A DNA stretch of 64,000 nt from Dehalococcoidia bacterium (GCA_965249275.1 CBDFLQ010000005.1:323030-387029), one strand, 5' to 3'. Shown: positions 37,831 through 48,305, numbered from the stretch's first letter. Program-made: numbers and translations. The notes: generated by a model not told the origin, from the letters alone.

Positions 37831-39396
37831 ATGCAGAGTCTCTTCAAAGAAATTCCGAGGCTGGTACTGCATAACGCTAACGTGATAACCCTGAACCCGA
37901 GCGCGCCGCGGGCCACGGGGGTTGTGTGCGAGGGCGGGGTGATCACATCAACATCGGACGTGGACGTACGACTGGCACTCCGATCCGGGGAGTACGATGA
38001 GATTGACTGTGAGGGGCGTACAGCGCTTCCCGGTTTCATCGATGCTCACGTGCATTTTTTGGCCTATGCCTCGTCTCTGACCAGTGTCGACTGTTCGCCC
38101 CAGGCTGTAGCCTCCATCCTCGACATCACAGCCGCCCTCAGCGAGCGTGCCAAGAGAACCCCGGAGGGCGAATGGGTGCGGGGGGCGGGTTATGACGAGT
38201 TCCGGCTCCGAGAGAAGCGGCATCCGACCCGTTGGGACCTCGATCCTTGCCTTCCCGACCATCCCGTCAAGCTCGGGCATAGGTCGGGGCACGGGACGGT
38301 GTTGAACAGCCGGGCTTTGGACTTGGCCGGGATCAGTATTGAGACACCCGAACCAATCGCCGGTTTTATAGACCGGGACATCAACACGGGAGAGCCCACG
38401 GGCCTGTTCATAGATTTAGACGACTGGCTGGACGAGCGGCTCGGGCCCCAGCCTCGGGGCGAGGAGATGGAACCTGCCGCCCGTCAAGCCGCCGAGGTCT
38501 TCCTATCCAAGGGAATCACTTCCTTTCACGACGCATCTCCGTGCAACTCCCTCAAACGGTGGAGCTTCTTTCAGTCGTTGGTCTCGGGCCCCGGGCCTTT
38601 CCCCCGTGCAACCATCATGCCCGGCTTCCAGCACTTGAGGGAGTTCGTCGGGGCGGGGCTAGGGTTTGGGGAGGGGGATGACAGGCTGCGGGTCGGGCAT
38701 TGCAAGATCGTGCTATCACAGGCGGGTGGGACACTGCAACCTTCGCCTCTGGAGCTCAGGGAGGCCGTGCGGGAGGCGGCGGCGGTCGGGTTCCCGGTGG
38801 CAATTCACGCCGTGGAGGAGGCGGAGGTAGAGGCCGCCATCAAGGCCATTGAGTCCATCGATGCTCCCGGCCTGGCTCACCGGATTGAGCATGCGTCCAT
38901 CTGTCCCCCGTCCCTCATAGCGAGGATGAAGGCGAGGAACGTAACCGTCGTGACCCAACCCGCCTTCGTCTACCACAGTGGGGACAGGTACCTTGCCGAG
39001 CTGCCCGAAAGAGACATCGCCAACCTCTATCCGCTAAGGGCATGGTTGGACTCGGGGCTCAGTGTTGCAGCCTCGTCGGATGCTCCGGTGACGCCACCCG
39101 ACCCGCTTCTCGGGATCCAGGCCGCAGTATTGCGCAGGGCTCGCACGGGCCAACCGGTCTCCCGAGAGCAAGGGGTATCCATAGCTGAGGCGATGGCCCT
39201 TCACGGTGGCACGGCATCTCATTACGGGGGTCTCGGGGGCCGGGTTGGTGTGGTCAGGAGGGGCGATTTGGCAGATTTTGTCGTGCTGGACCGGGACCCG
39301 ATGAGTGTTCCGGCTGAGGAGATCGGTGGGATAGGGGTGTGGGTGACGGTTGTCGGGGGGTGGGGTGGCCTTCGGGGCCCGGTAGGGGAGGGGTGA
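37831..39396 (+). CDS. Amidohydrolase-3 family metal-dependent hydrolase
   Basis: PGFIDAHVHF metal-binding motif and a C-terminal DAP..P region. The ORF-track start at 37381 overlaps the MFS gene and repeat sequence, so I use the ATG at 37831 (MQSLFKEIPRLVLHNANV). Confidence 0.8.
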   Translation: MQSLFKEIPRLVLHNANVITLNPSAPRATGVVCEGGVITSTSDVDVRLALRSGEYDEIDCEGRTALPGFIDAHVHFLAYASSLTSVDCSPQAVASILDITAALSERAKRTPEGEWVRGAGYDEFRLREKRHPTRWDLDPCLPDHPVKLGHRSGHGTVLNSRALDLAGISIETPEPIAGFIDRDINTGEPTGLFIDLDDWLDERLGPQPRGEEMEPAARQAAEVFLSKGITSFHDASPCNSLKRWSFFQSLVSGPGPFPRATIMPGFQHLREFVGAGLGFGEGDDRLRVGHCKIVLSQAGGTLQPSPLELREAVREAAAVGFPVAIHAVEEAEVEAAIKAIESIDAPGLAHRIEHASICPPSLIARMKARNVTVVTQPAFVYHSGDRYLAELPERDIANLYPLRAWLDSGLSVAASSDAPVTPPDPLLGIQAAVLRRARTGQPVSREQGVSIAEAMALHGGTASHYGGLGGRVGVVRRGDLADFVVLDRDPMSVPAEEIGGIGVWVTVVGGWGGLRGPVGEG

Positions 39397-39878
39397 GGCA
39401 GGGCCAAGGGTACAAATTGAAGGTGGTACTTTCAAATTGTACTGCGGTCGTCCGATGGCTATCAGAGAATCTGCGCCCATGTCTCCAAAATCTACCTGAT
39501 TAGTCCCAAAACCAAGGTCGATTGGGGGGCAAGCGCCCTAGATTCCTCGCGGGGCCTCGGAATGACAGGTAAATGGGTAGGCTCTACCCTTTAGAGGGAC
39601 TTTTGGCTTGTGTGGTAAGAAAAAACGCCGATGTTTCGGAACACCCTCACCCTAGCCCTCTCCCATCGAGAGCCCTTTGCGTAACTGGGGTTTGCAGCTT
39701 CTCTACCAGCCAGATCGCCTAATCTCCACCCCCGCTCATACTTCGAGAGCCTCAGCACGAGCGGCCCCGGCCCCTCCAGCACAGGTTATGCAGAGGTCTC
39801 ATCAATGGAGAGGGGATGGGACGCCTCTCAATGTGCCTTTTGGAGGACTACGAAAAGGTGGAGCAAGGCCGGATATCT

Positions 39879-40853
39879 CTAGTTCTTCCTGATGAGAACG
39901 TAGGGCGGGAGCTCCATGAGGGCTTTGCGGTATTGGGTGTCGGGGAGGGGGGAGAGGGCATCCTCGGCTTTGCGGCAGAAGTCGGTGGCGATGGCGTAGG
40001 AATCCTCGATAACCGAGGAGTTGTTGATCATCTCCAAGGCTCGTTGCAGGGGCTTGTCGTCCCCCGGGGCCTGGAAGATTGCCTTCACCGGGTCCTCGTC
40101 GGGGTACCTTTCCTGGAGCAGCAGAGCCGGCAGGGTGAGTACACCATGGGCCAGGTCTGCCCCAACGGGTTTGCCGACTTCCTTTTCCGTCCCCTGGAAG
40201 TCGAGAATGTCGTCGATTATCTGGAAGGCCATGCCCAGGCAGTAGCCGAAGGTGTGGAACCTTTCGACCGTGTCTTCGGGAGCGCCGCTCAGTATGGCCC
40301 CGGACTCCGCCGCAGTGGTGAAGAGCGACGCTGTCTTCTGACGGATCCTCTCATAGTAGTCGTCCCTCCCGGTCGTCCAGTCGAAGGCGCCTAGTCGTTC
40401 CTGAAGCTCGCCGCGGGAGAGGTACATTATCGTCTCGGAAAAGAGGCGTATGACCCTGACGTTCTCGGTGGCGCAGACGAACGTCGCAGACTTGGCGAAG
40501 AGGTAGTCACCGACCAGAACCGCAGCGTTGTCTCCCCAGAGGTTGCTGATGGTCGGCTTTCCGCGTCGGATGGCCGCCTTGTCTATGGTGTCGTCGTGGA
40601 CAAGGGTGGCGATGTGGAGAAGCTCGACGGCGCAGGCCATGAGCCGGGGTGAGGCGGGATCGTGGTCATGGAACTTGGAGGAGAGGATGGTGATGGCGGG
40701 CCTCGTGCCCTTGCCTATGCTCTTCAGAGCGTGAGCGAGCATAGCCGCCAGGCCGGGAAAGTCCTCTTCGGCGATGGCAACCAAGTCTGACCTGACCAGG
40801 TTAAGCTCTTCCCTGATCGGTTTGTAGATAGACAGCGACTTGGCAGAGGGCAT
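39879..40853 (-). CDS. Polyprenyl diphosphate synthase (hepta/octaprenyl type)
   Basis: 324 aa. Two Asp-rich motifs, LVHDDTID and QIIDDILD. Confidence 0.9.
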   Translation of the reverse strand: MPSAKSLSIYKPIREELNLVRSDLVAIAEEDFPGLAAMLAHALKSIGKGTRPAITILSSKFHDHDPASPRLMACAVELLHIATLVHDDTIDKAAIRRGKPTISNLWGDNAAVLVGDYLFAKSATFVCATENVRVIRLFSETIMYLSRGELQERLGAFDWTTGRDDYYERIRQKTASLFTTAAESGAILSGAPEDTVERFHTFGYCLGMAFQIIDDILDFQGTEKEVGKPVGADLAHGVLTLPALLLQERYPDEDPVKAIFQAPGDDKPLQRALEMINNSSVIEDSYAIATDFCRKAEDALSPLPDTQYRKALMELPPYVLIRKN

Positions 40854-40868
40854 GGGCAGACGTTGTCC

Positions 40869-42539
40869 TTAGCCCGAGACCTGTTCCAGCCTGGCGGTCT
40901 CCACCTCGGCCACTTCGTCTTCCAGCTTGGTGAACAGGGGTGAAGGCTTCTGAAGCTCGCGTCCAGGGACGGGGGCCTCGATCTTCCACTCAGAGCGCTC
41001 GTCCAACTCACCCAGGCCCAGGTAGCCGTGCAGCATCCGGGAACTGAAGGGCAAGAACGGATAGAGCATGGTCTTCAGGGCCGTGACAACGGAGATAGCA
41101 CACCAGAGAGTCGTGGCGGCGGCGTCCTTGTCTTCCTTGACCTGCCGCCACGGAGCCTTACGGTCGAGGTAGCGGTTCGCCTCCTGGGCCAGGCCTACTG
41201 CCTGCCTGATGGCCTCCTTGAAACGGCACCGGTATAGAAGATCGTCAACTTCGGCGAAAGTCTGGTTGATCTTGTCGAGCATATCCGTTTCGTCGGAAGA
41301 GAGGGGTCCGGGCGACGGGACCTTGCCATCGAAGTTCCGGTAGGTAATTGTCAGCACCCGGTGCACGAGATTGCCGTAGGTGCCGACAAGCTCGCCGTTG
41401 TTCCTACGCACGAACTCACCCCATGTAAAGTCGGAGTCCGAGGTGTCGGGCATGTTGGCCGAGAGGTAGTACCTCATTAGGTCGGGGGGGAAGTTGTCCA
41501 GGTAGTCGTTGAGCCAAACGGCCCAGTTACGGCTGGTGGAAAGCTGCCTGCCGTCGATGTTCAGGAACTCGTTGGCGGGGACGTCATAGGGGATAGCCCG
41601 GCCGCCGTAGCCGAGCAGGATCGCCGGCCAGATGATCGTGTGGAAGGGGATGTTGTCCTTGCCGATGAAATAGTATGTCTTCGCGTCATCTCCCCAGAAG
41701 TCCCGCCACTTCTCGGGCGTGCCGCGGTTTTTGGCCCACTCTATGCTCGCCGAAAGGTAGCCGATTACCGCTTCGAACCAGACGTATATTCTTTTGTCGT
41801 CGAGACCCGGCAAGGGAATTGGGATTCCCCAGTCAATGTCCCGGGTGATGGCCCTGTCTTTCAACCCGTCCTTGAGCATCTGGAGGGTGAAGTTCTGCAC
41901 GTTGGTGCGCCAGTGGTCCTGGGTCTCGACCCATTCGATAAGCCGGTCCTGAAAGGCGCTCAGCTTAAGGAAGTGGTGCTCCGACCTGCGAATCTCCGGC
42001 GTAGCGCCACAGACCCGGCACTTCAGGTCCAGGAGGTCGGTGGGATTGAGAGGTTTGCCGCAGGCATCACACTGGTCGCCGCGGGCCCCGGTGTTGGCGC
42101 AATAGGGACACGTGCCTTCCACGTAGCGGTCGGGGAGGTAGCGGTTGCAGCTGGGGCAGTGGGGGAGCATCATCCCATCTTTGTAGATGTACTCCTTGGA
42201 AAGAAGGTCCAGGAAGATATCCTGCACGACCTCCTGGTGGTTCTTAGTCCGGGTAGTGGTGAATAGGTCGAAGGAGATGCCCATCCGGTCCCAGGACTCG
42301 AGGAACAGGGCTTGGAACTTGTCCACGATCTCCTGGGGGGATACGCCTTCTTTCTCAGCGCGGAGGGTAATTGGGGTGCCGTGCTGGTCGCTGCCCGAGA
42401 CCATCAGGACCTCGTTGCCCTTGGCGCGATGGTATCGGGCGAAGATGTCTGCGGGGAGGTAGGCCCCGGCCAAGTGGCCCAAGTGTAAAGGGCCGTTGGC
42501 GTAGGGCCAAGCGACTGCTACTAAGATGCGTTCGGACAA
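40869..42539 (-). CDS. metG: Methionine--tRNA ligase
   Basis: 556 aa. HLGH (HIGH-class) motif, zinc-knuckle cysteines and a KMSKS-region equivalent. Confidence 0.95.
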   Translation of the reverse strand: MSERILVAVAWPYANGPLHLGHLAGAYLPADIFARYHRAKGNEVLMVSGSDQHGTPITLRAEKEGVSPQEIVDKFQALFLESWDRMGISFDLFTTTRTKNHQEVVQDIFLDLLSKEYIYKDGMMLPHCPSCNRYLPDRYVEGTCPYCANTGARGDQCDACGKPLNPTDLLDLKCRVCGATPEIRRSEHHFLKLSAFQDRLIEWVETQDHWRTNVQNFTLQMLKDGLKDRAITRDIDWGIPIPLPGLDDKRIYVWFEAVIGYLSASIEWAKNRGTPEKWRDFWGDDAKTYYFIGKDNIPFHTIIWPAILLGYGGRAIPYDVPANEFLNIDGRQLSTSRNWAVWLNDYLDNFPPDLMRYYLSANMPDTSDSDFTWGEFVRRNNGELVGTYGNLVHRVLTITYRNFDGKVPSPGPLSSDETDMLDKINQTFAEVDDLLYRCRFKEAIRQAVGLAQEANRYLDRKAPWRQVKEDKDAAATTLWCAISVVTALKTMLYPFLPFSSRMLHGYLGLGELDERSEWKIEAPVPGRELQKPSPLFTKLEDEVAEVETARLEQVSG

Positions 42540-42762
42540 TGCATAAGCCCTCGGGGGAACAGGATGATTCTAGCACGGGGTGGGGGGAGGGGCAATTCTC
42601 AGACCACCGTTGCTGCTCTCAGCAATCAGCAGCGTACGTCACTATCCCCGCTCATACTTCGAGAGCCTCAGCACGAGCGGCCCCACCCCAGGGATGGATT
42701 CACGCCTCGGCGCATCTTCGACCGGCTCCGGGGCCGGAATGACGGACCTCTGACCGTGTGGG

Positions 42763-42807
42763 GGTGATGCATGACGATTGACGTCATGCATCACCGTATT
42801 GTATATT
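42763..42807 (+). promoter_or_regulatory. higBA-1 promoter with overlapping 14-bp inverted-repeat operator
   Basis: GGTGATGCATGACG-attga-CGTCATGCATCACC spans 42763-42795. TTGACG at 42778-42783, 18-nt spacer, TATATT at 42802-42807. The ATG lies only 9 nt downstream, so the mRNA is leaderless or nearly so. Confidence 0.6.
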
Positions 42808-42815
42808 GAGTCGGC

Positions 42816-43100
42816 ATGATTCTTGGATACAGTGACAGCAGGACCCGGCGGTTTGCAGAGGGATTGTTCGTTCCTGCGTTCCAAGGTTTTGAGAAGCAAG
42901 CGGCAAAGCGGTTATCCATTTTGAACGCGGCACCGTTCCTGGACACCTTGAGAAAATTGCCAAGCAATCGTATAGAGGCCCTAAGGGGAGCGAGAGACGG
43001 GCAATATTCGATCAGGATTAACCAGCAATGGCGCATCTGTTTCACATGGGCGGGAGGTGATGAAGGGCCTTATGACGTTGAAATCGTGGACTATCACTAG
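42816..43100 (+). CDS. higB: HigB-type (RelE/ParE superfamily) toxin
   Basis: 94 aa. Typical ...G.YSIRIN.QWRICF.W......DVEIVDYH ending. Confidence 0.85.
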   Translation: MILGYSDSRTRRFAEGLFVPAFQGFEKQAAKRLSILNAAPFLDTLRKLPSNRIEALRGARDGQYSIRINQQWRICFTWAGGDEGPYDVEIVDYH

Positions 43101-43117
43101 AAGGGGAGAATAGGGAC

Positions 43118-43405
43118 ATGTTTAGTCGGTCGGTTCATCCGGGAGAAATACTCAAGGACGAATTGGAGGAGTTCGGCGTGAGCCAGGCGGCTTTCGCCCG
43201 CCAGATCGACGTGCCGCCGAATCGGGTCAGTCAGATAATCACCGGGAAGAGGTCGGTAACTGGGGATACGGCGTTGCGGTTCGGGCACTGGTTCGGGATC
43301 GAGCCTCAGTTCTGGCTAAATCTCCAAAGCCAGTTTGACTTGGCTACGGCAGAACGTAGAGCTGGGGCAGAAATCAAGGCTCTACCCAAGGCGACTCGGG
43401 AATAA
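43118..43405 (+). CDS. higA: HigA-type HTH antitoxin
   Basis: 95 aa. HPGEILKDELEE.G.SQ...A..I.VP.NR.SQI..GKR..T.DTALRF...FG..P.FWLNLQ is the HigA signature. Confidence 0.9.
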   Translation: MFSRSVHPGEILKDELEEFGVSQAAFARQIDVPPNRVSQIITGKRSVTGDTALRFGHWFGIEPQFWLNLQSQFDLATAERRAGAEIKALPKATRE

Positions 43406-43619
43406 CGGAGGGGCGGGAGGGGATGGGAGGTCTCCTCAGCATCAGCGGCGAATGTTACCCCCTCCCCGCTCATACTTCGACGGGCTCAGCACGAGCGGCC
43501 CCACCCCAGGGATGGATTCACGCCTCGGCGCATCTTCGACCGGCTCGGGGGGCGGAATGACGGAACGTGGATGTGAGATATAAAGAGGACGTTGCGCAAC
43601 CCCATTTGCCCACCTTCCC

Positions 43620-44966
43620 TTGCGGCGTTATCCTTGCCTCCGACCCAGGGAGGCCCCTTTGCCAAGCAATACACGCTACCGTTCAGTTAGAGGCACGGAA
43701 GACATCCTGCCCGACGCCCAGCCAAGATGGCGCAGTGTCCGGGACACTATGGTTTCCGTCTGCGAGCGGTATTCGTACGGCCAGATAGATACGCCGATCT
43801 TCGAGGACTACAACCTTTTTGTGCGGGGAGTCGGGGAGGTGACGGATATCGTGGAGAAGGAGATGTACCTGATCCCCGACAGATCGGGCAGCGACACCCT
43901 GGCCCTCCGCCCTGAGGCCACCGCCGCCGTCTGCCGCGCCTACCTCCAGCACGGTCTCCACACCCGGCCTCAGCCCATACGCCTATACACGGTCATGGCC
44001 CCGATGTTCCGCTACTCCAGGCCGCAGTCGGGGCGGCTCAGGCAGTTCCACCAGCTGAACGTCGAGGCGATAGGAGACCCTGACGCGACTGTCGACGCGG
44101 AGATTCTTGGGCTCTGCTGGCAGGTGTTCGCAGAGCTGGGCCTGACGGGCCTCACCCTCCAGCTGAACAGCATCGGCGATGCCGCGTGCCGTCCCGCATA
44201 CGTGCAGGCGCTCAAGTCTTACTACGGAGAACGGGTCGAGCAGCTGTGCCGGGACTGCACGGCGCGGCTGGACAGGGCGCCACTACGGCTGCTCGACTGC
44301 AAGGAAGAGAGATGTCAGCCATTTATCGAAGGGGCGCCCCGCAGCCGCGACCTTCTCTGCGCCGAGTGCGAGGCCCATTTCGCCGACCTGGTCGGCTTTC
44401 TGGAAGCGATGGACGTGCCCTTTGTGCTCGACCACCGGCTGGTCCGGGGGCTGGACTACTACACCCGCACGGTATTCGAGGTACAGACTGAGGCAGAAGG
44501 GGGTCAAAACGCACTCGGGGGTGGGGGGAGGTACGACGGGTTGATAGAGGAGATTGGCGGTAAGCCTACGCCGGGTGTCGGGTTTGCGATGGGCATCGAG
44601 CGGATAATTCTCAACCTGGAGAAGCAGGCCGTGGCGGCTCCCGAGCCACAATTGCCCTCGGTCTTCGTGGCCTACGTCGGGCAGAAGGCAAGGGAGCGGG
44701 CGGTCGTGCTGTCCGCGGAGCTGGTTAGGGCGGGTGTTGCGAACGTGCTCGGTCCTGCATCGAAGAGTCTGAAGGCGCAACTGCGGCAGGCGGGGGGGAT
44801 GGGGGTGCCTTACGTGGCGATCATCGGAGAGGATGAGGCGGAGCGGGGGGTGGTGACGCTGCGGAATATGTCGGAGAGGACGCAGGAGGAGGTTGGGGTG
44901 GGGGGGCTTGTCTCCGCGCTGCATCACTCGGGATCACCCTCACTGTACGACCGGGGACATGGGTAA
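43620..44966 (+). CDS. hisS: Histidine--tRNA ligase (C-terminal codons supplied by the IS481 end)
   Basis: Class II aaRS motifs, a HisRS-typical N-terminus (VRGTEDILP) and an anticodon-binding domain. The start is uncertain. The last ~8 codons and the stop lie inside IS481 copy B. Confidence 0.9.
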   Translation: MRRYPCLRPREAPLPSNTRYRSVRGTEDILPDAQPRWRSVRDTMVSVCERYSYGQIDTPIFEDYNLFVRGVGEVTDIVEKEMYLIPDRSGSDTLALRPEATAAVCRAYLQHGLHTRPQPIRLYTVMAPMFRYSRPQSGRLRQFHQLNVEAIGDPDATVDAEILGLCWQVFAELGLTGLTLQLNSIGDAACRPAYVQALKSYYGERVEQLCRDCTARLDRAPLRLLDCKEERCQPFIEGAPRSRDLLCAECEAHFADLVGFLEAMDVPFVLDHRLVRGLDYYTRTVFEVQTEAEGGQNALGGGGRYDGLIEEIGGKPTPGVGFAMGIERIILNLEKQAVAAPEPQLPSVFVAYVGQKARERAVVLSAELVRAGVANVLGPASKSLKAQLRQAGGMGVPYVAIIGEDEAERGVVTLRNMSERTQEEVGVGGLVSALHHSGSPSLYDRGHG

Positions 44967-46244
44967 CAGTTAGACCGAGGACATAGGTAACACTTTGACT
45001 GGGGTTTTGTCGACCCTTCTGGTGGGGTCATCAAGGAGTCCGATGATGAGTGGCCCGAACTGTATGGACCAGGTTCGTTCGTCTATCTGGACCAGGCCGA
45101 TGGGTTCGCCCTTGAGGGACTCGCTCACGTAGAGCATATCTCCCTTCCACTTGATCTGTCCGTTGCTGCGGACACTACGTACGGTGACACCGGCGTTGTA
45201 CTCGGGCGAGCTGATACGTGTGGGATAGGGTCTGATCGAGGGCGTGTACAGCCGGCTTGGTGGTTGCTGCCCCAGGGCCTCATGTGGCCTCTCGAAGTTG
45301 TAGGTGTGTCTGAAGCGTTCGAGGGCTCTGCGTTGTCGTCTCCAGTTGGCCTTTGGAGGTGTTGCGGTCTCGGCCTTGAGGGTCCGGTGAAGGCGCTCGA
45401 TGCGTCCATTCTGTTCGGGGTGACCGGGCTCTATGCGTTCGGGTACGATCCCGAGCTTGACCCACCATGCTGAGAGTGGTGAGAGGCTGCCCAGACCCAC
45501 ACTGGCGAAGGGCGGACCATTGTCGGTGCGTATGGCCCGAGGGATGCCGTACTCTCGGAAGGTTCTCTCCAGAGAGCGCTTGACTTCCGGGCCGGCAGGG
45601 CGGTCGAGAGGGTCGCATACCAGTAAGTAGCGGGACATGGCGTCCTGGGCTGTAAGGGGGTCTATCCGCATTCCGTCATCCGTGCGGAACCAGCCCTTCA
45701 GGTCGATGGCCCACACGTCATTGGGGTGCCGGGCGTGGGCGAAGGGCTCGCCCCAGCGTGTAGCCCTGCGCCGCCGCTTGCGCCGCCTCACCAGACCCAC
45801 ACGGTCCAGTATGGCGCCCGCAGTACTGGAGGAAGGCCAGGGCACGTAGGGCTCGATGGAATGCAACCAGGCGACGATCTTCTTCGGGCCCCATGTGGGA
45901 TGGGTGCGCTTCGCCTCGATGATACGCTTAGCCACCTCTATGGAAGTGGCGTTGGGATGGCTGTGAGGAGCCCGGCTTAGGTCAAGTAGACCGTCCTCAC
46001 CATACGCCTCGTATCGGCCGATTATCTTGTAGCCCGTCTTGCGGCTGATCCCGGACCGGCGGCACAGCTCAGCAATAGTCTCCTCTCCCGCAGTGTGACG
46101 CTCGATGAACTGCAACCGCTCCGATTCTATGCTCGTGTCTTTCCAAGGCAACACATCTTCCTCCTCTGGGATTGCCTAATACAATCCCACGATGTGTTAC
46201 CCATGTCCCCGGTTTATGTGTTACCTTTCTGCCCGGTCTGTACC
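44943..46244 (-). mobile_element. IS481-family insertion sequence, copy B (inverted relative to copy A)
   Basis: Shares the sequence of 33138..34439. Inserted inside a family-C repeat (ATCACCCTCAC | IS | CCACCCTAGCCCTCTCCC). Confidence 0.85.
44970..46154 (-). CDS. IS481-family transposase
   Basis: 394 aa, identical to 33228..34412. Confidence 0.9.
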   Translation of the reverse strand: MLPWKDTSIESERLQFIERHTAGEETIAELCRRSGISRKTGYKIIGRYEAYGEDGLLDLSRAPHSHPNATSIEVAKRIIEAKRTHPTWGPKKIVAWLHSIEPYVPWPSSSTAGAILDRVGLVRRRKRRRRATRWGEPFAHARHPNDVWAIDLKGWFRTDDGMRIDPLTAQDAMSRYLLVCDPLDRPAGPEVKRSLERTFREYGIPRAIRTDNGPPFASVGLGSLSPLSAWWVKLGIVPERIEPGHPEQNGRIERLHRTLKAETATPPKANWRRQRRALERFRHTYNFERPHEALGQQPPSRLYTPSIRPYPTRISSPEYNAGVTVRSVRSNGQIKWKGDMLYVSESLKGEPIGLVQIDERTWSIQFGPLIIGLLDDPTRRVDKTPVKVLPMSSV

Positions 46245-46592
46245 CACCCTAGCCCTCTCCCATCGAGGGAGAGGGGATAAGACCCGCCCCAATTCCGCTC
46301 TTGAGACCCTTCGACTCTGCTCAGGGCGAGCGGAATACCCCTACCCTAGGAATGGAAACGCCGTACTTCGTGTGCCGGTCCAAAGGCCGGGATGACGGGT
46401 AGGGACCACGAGGGACGGTTCTGAAGAGAGGTTAGTGGATGGGCAAGTCCTAGATCCCTCGCGGGGCCGCGGGATGAGAAGGGGTTGGGGGTGGTTTCTT
46501 CGGGACGCACTCCGTACCGGTTAGCGTGGAGGACTTGGGGGCGTGCTATACTCTAGCCTCGCCGGAGGAGCCGGCCCTCGCCTCGTTGAGCC

Positions 46593-48218
46593 ATGACTAA
46601 ACTCCGAGCAGCTCTCGCCCAGATCAACACCACCGTCGGCGACCTGCGAGGCAACACGGCCAAGATTCTCGAGTATATCGACCGGGCCCGGGCCGAGGGC
46701 GCCGATCTCGTAACCTTCCCCGAGTTGACTATCACGGGCTACCCCCCCGAAGACCTGCTCTATAAGCACAACCTTATTCGCGATAACCGCGAGCGTCTCG
46801 ACGAGGTTATCGAGCATTCGGTGGGGATTGCCGTGGTAGTCGGGTTCGTCGATAGGGATGGGGAGCTTTTCAACGCCGCAGCGGTGATACAGGACCGGCG
46901 GCTTCTCGGCATCTATCACAAGATCCACCTGCCCAACTACAGCGTCTTCGACGAAAAGCGGTATTTCCAGTCGGGCAGTGAATGTCCGGTCTTCGACATC
47001 AACGGGACGTGCGTCGGGGTGAACGTGTGTGAGGACATCTGGTTCGAGTCGGGGCCGACCAACGTCCAGAGCAAGGCCGGGGCGCGGATCATCATGAACA
47101 TCAACGGCTCGCCCTATCACCGGGGCAAGGGCCGGTTCAGGGAGCAGATGCTGGCCGACCGGGCACGGGACAACGGGGTCTACGTCTTCTACACCAACCT
47201 GGTCGGGGGGCAGGACGAGCTGGTATTCGACGGAGGAAGCTGCGTCTTCTCTCCGTCGGGGGATGTGCTGGCGCGAGGCAAGCAGTTCGAAGAGCACCTG
47301 CTTATGGTGGATATCGATCCCGACGCCACTCACCCCGCCGTCGACCCTGCACCCGAGCCCGCTCTCGCCGACCTGGAAGAGGTCTACGAGGCACTGACAA
47401 TCGGGACGCGGGACTACGTTCGAAAGAACGGCTTCGAGAAGGTCGTAATCGGGCTGTCGGGGGGGATCGATTCCACATTGACGGCAACCATCGCAGCGGA
47501 CGCCCTTGGGCCTGAGAACGTGGTCGTCGTGACAATGCCGTCCCGGTACTCGTCGGAAGGGTCGATCGCAGATTCTGACATCCTGGCGAAGAATCTCGGA
47601 GTGAAGCTGTGGAACATCTCGATTGAGGACATGTTTCAGTCGAGCCTCGACTCGCTGGACCCGCTGTTTGCGGGCACGGGGTCGGGCGTCGCGGAGGAGA
47701 ACCTGCAGGCCCGGATGCGGGGCAACCTGCTGATGGCGATCTCCAACAAGTTCGGGTGGCTGGTGCTGACCACGGGCAACAAGAGCGAGATGGCGATGGG
47801 CTACGGCACGCTGTACGGCGATATGGCCGGGGGGTTTGCGGTGATCAAGGACGTGCCCAAGGTGCTGGTCTACGAGCTGGCCGAGACCCGCAACGCCCGG
47901 GGCCCGAGCCCGGTTATCCCTCAGAGCGTTATCGACAAGGAGCCCAGCGCAGAGCTGCGCCCCGACCAGAAGGACACCGACAGCCTGCCTCCCTACAGCG
48001 TTCTTGACCCGGTGCTGGAGGCCTACGTGGAGCAGGACAAGTCTCCGGCGGACATCATAGGCATGGGGTTCGACGAGGAGATGGTGAAGCGGGTGATCAA
48101 GGCGGTGGACCGGAACGAGTACAAGCGTCGGCAGGCGGCGCCTGGGGTGAAGATCACGCCGAGGAACTTCGGGCGGGACCGCCGGATGCCGATTGTGAAT
48201 TGGTATCGGGGGTTTTGA
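46593..48218 (+). CDS. nadE: Glutamine-dependent NAD+ synthetase
   Basis: 541 aa. N-terminal nitrilase/CN-hydrolase domain plus a C-terminal NAD synthetase domain with SGGIDS. The 814-aa minus-strand ORF here is spurious. Confidence 0.95.
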   Translation: MTKLRAALAQINTTVGDLRGNTAKILEYIDRARAEGADLVTFPELTITGYPPEDLLYKHNLIRDNRERLDEVIEHSVGIAVVVGFVDRDGELFNAAAVIQDRRLLGIYHKIHLPNYSVFDEKRYFQSGSECPVFDINGTCVGVNVCEDIWFESGPTNVQSKAGARIIMNINGSPYHRGKGRFREQMLADRARDNGVYVFYTNLVGGQDELVFDGGSCVFSPSGDVLARGKQFEEHLLMVDIDPDATHPAVDPAPEPALADLEEVYEALTIGTRDYVRKNGFEKVVIGLSGGIDSTLTATIAADALGPENVVVVTMPSRYSSEGSIADSDILAKNLGVKLWNISIEDMFQSSLDSLDPLFAGTGSGVAEENLQARMRGNLLMAISNKFGWLVLTTGNKSEMAMGYGTLYGDMAGGFAVIKDVPKVLVYELAETRNARGPSPVIPQSVIDKEPSAELRPDQKDTDSLPPYSVLDPVLEAYVEQDKSPADIIGMGFDEEMVKRVIKAVDRNEYKRRQAAPGVKITPRNFGRDRRMPIVNWYRGF

Positions 48219-48305
48219 GGGGAGGGGGTGATTCGCGATTGAGCGGAATTCCCCGCCCCAGATCCCTCGTGGAGCCTCGGGATGACATGGGGGCAAGCCC
48301 GCTGA

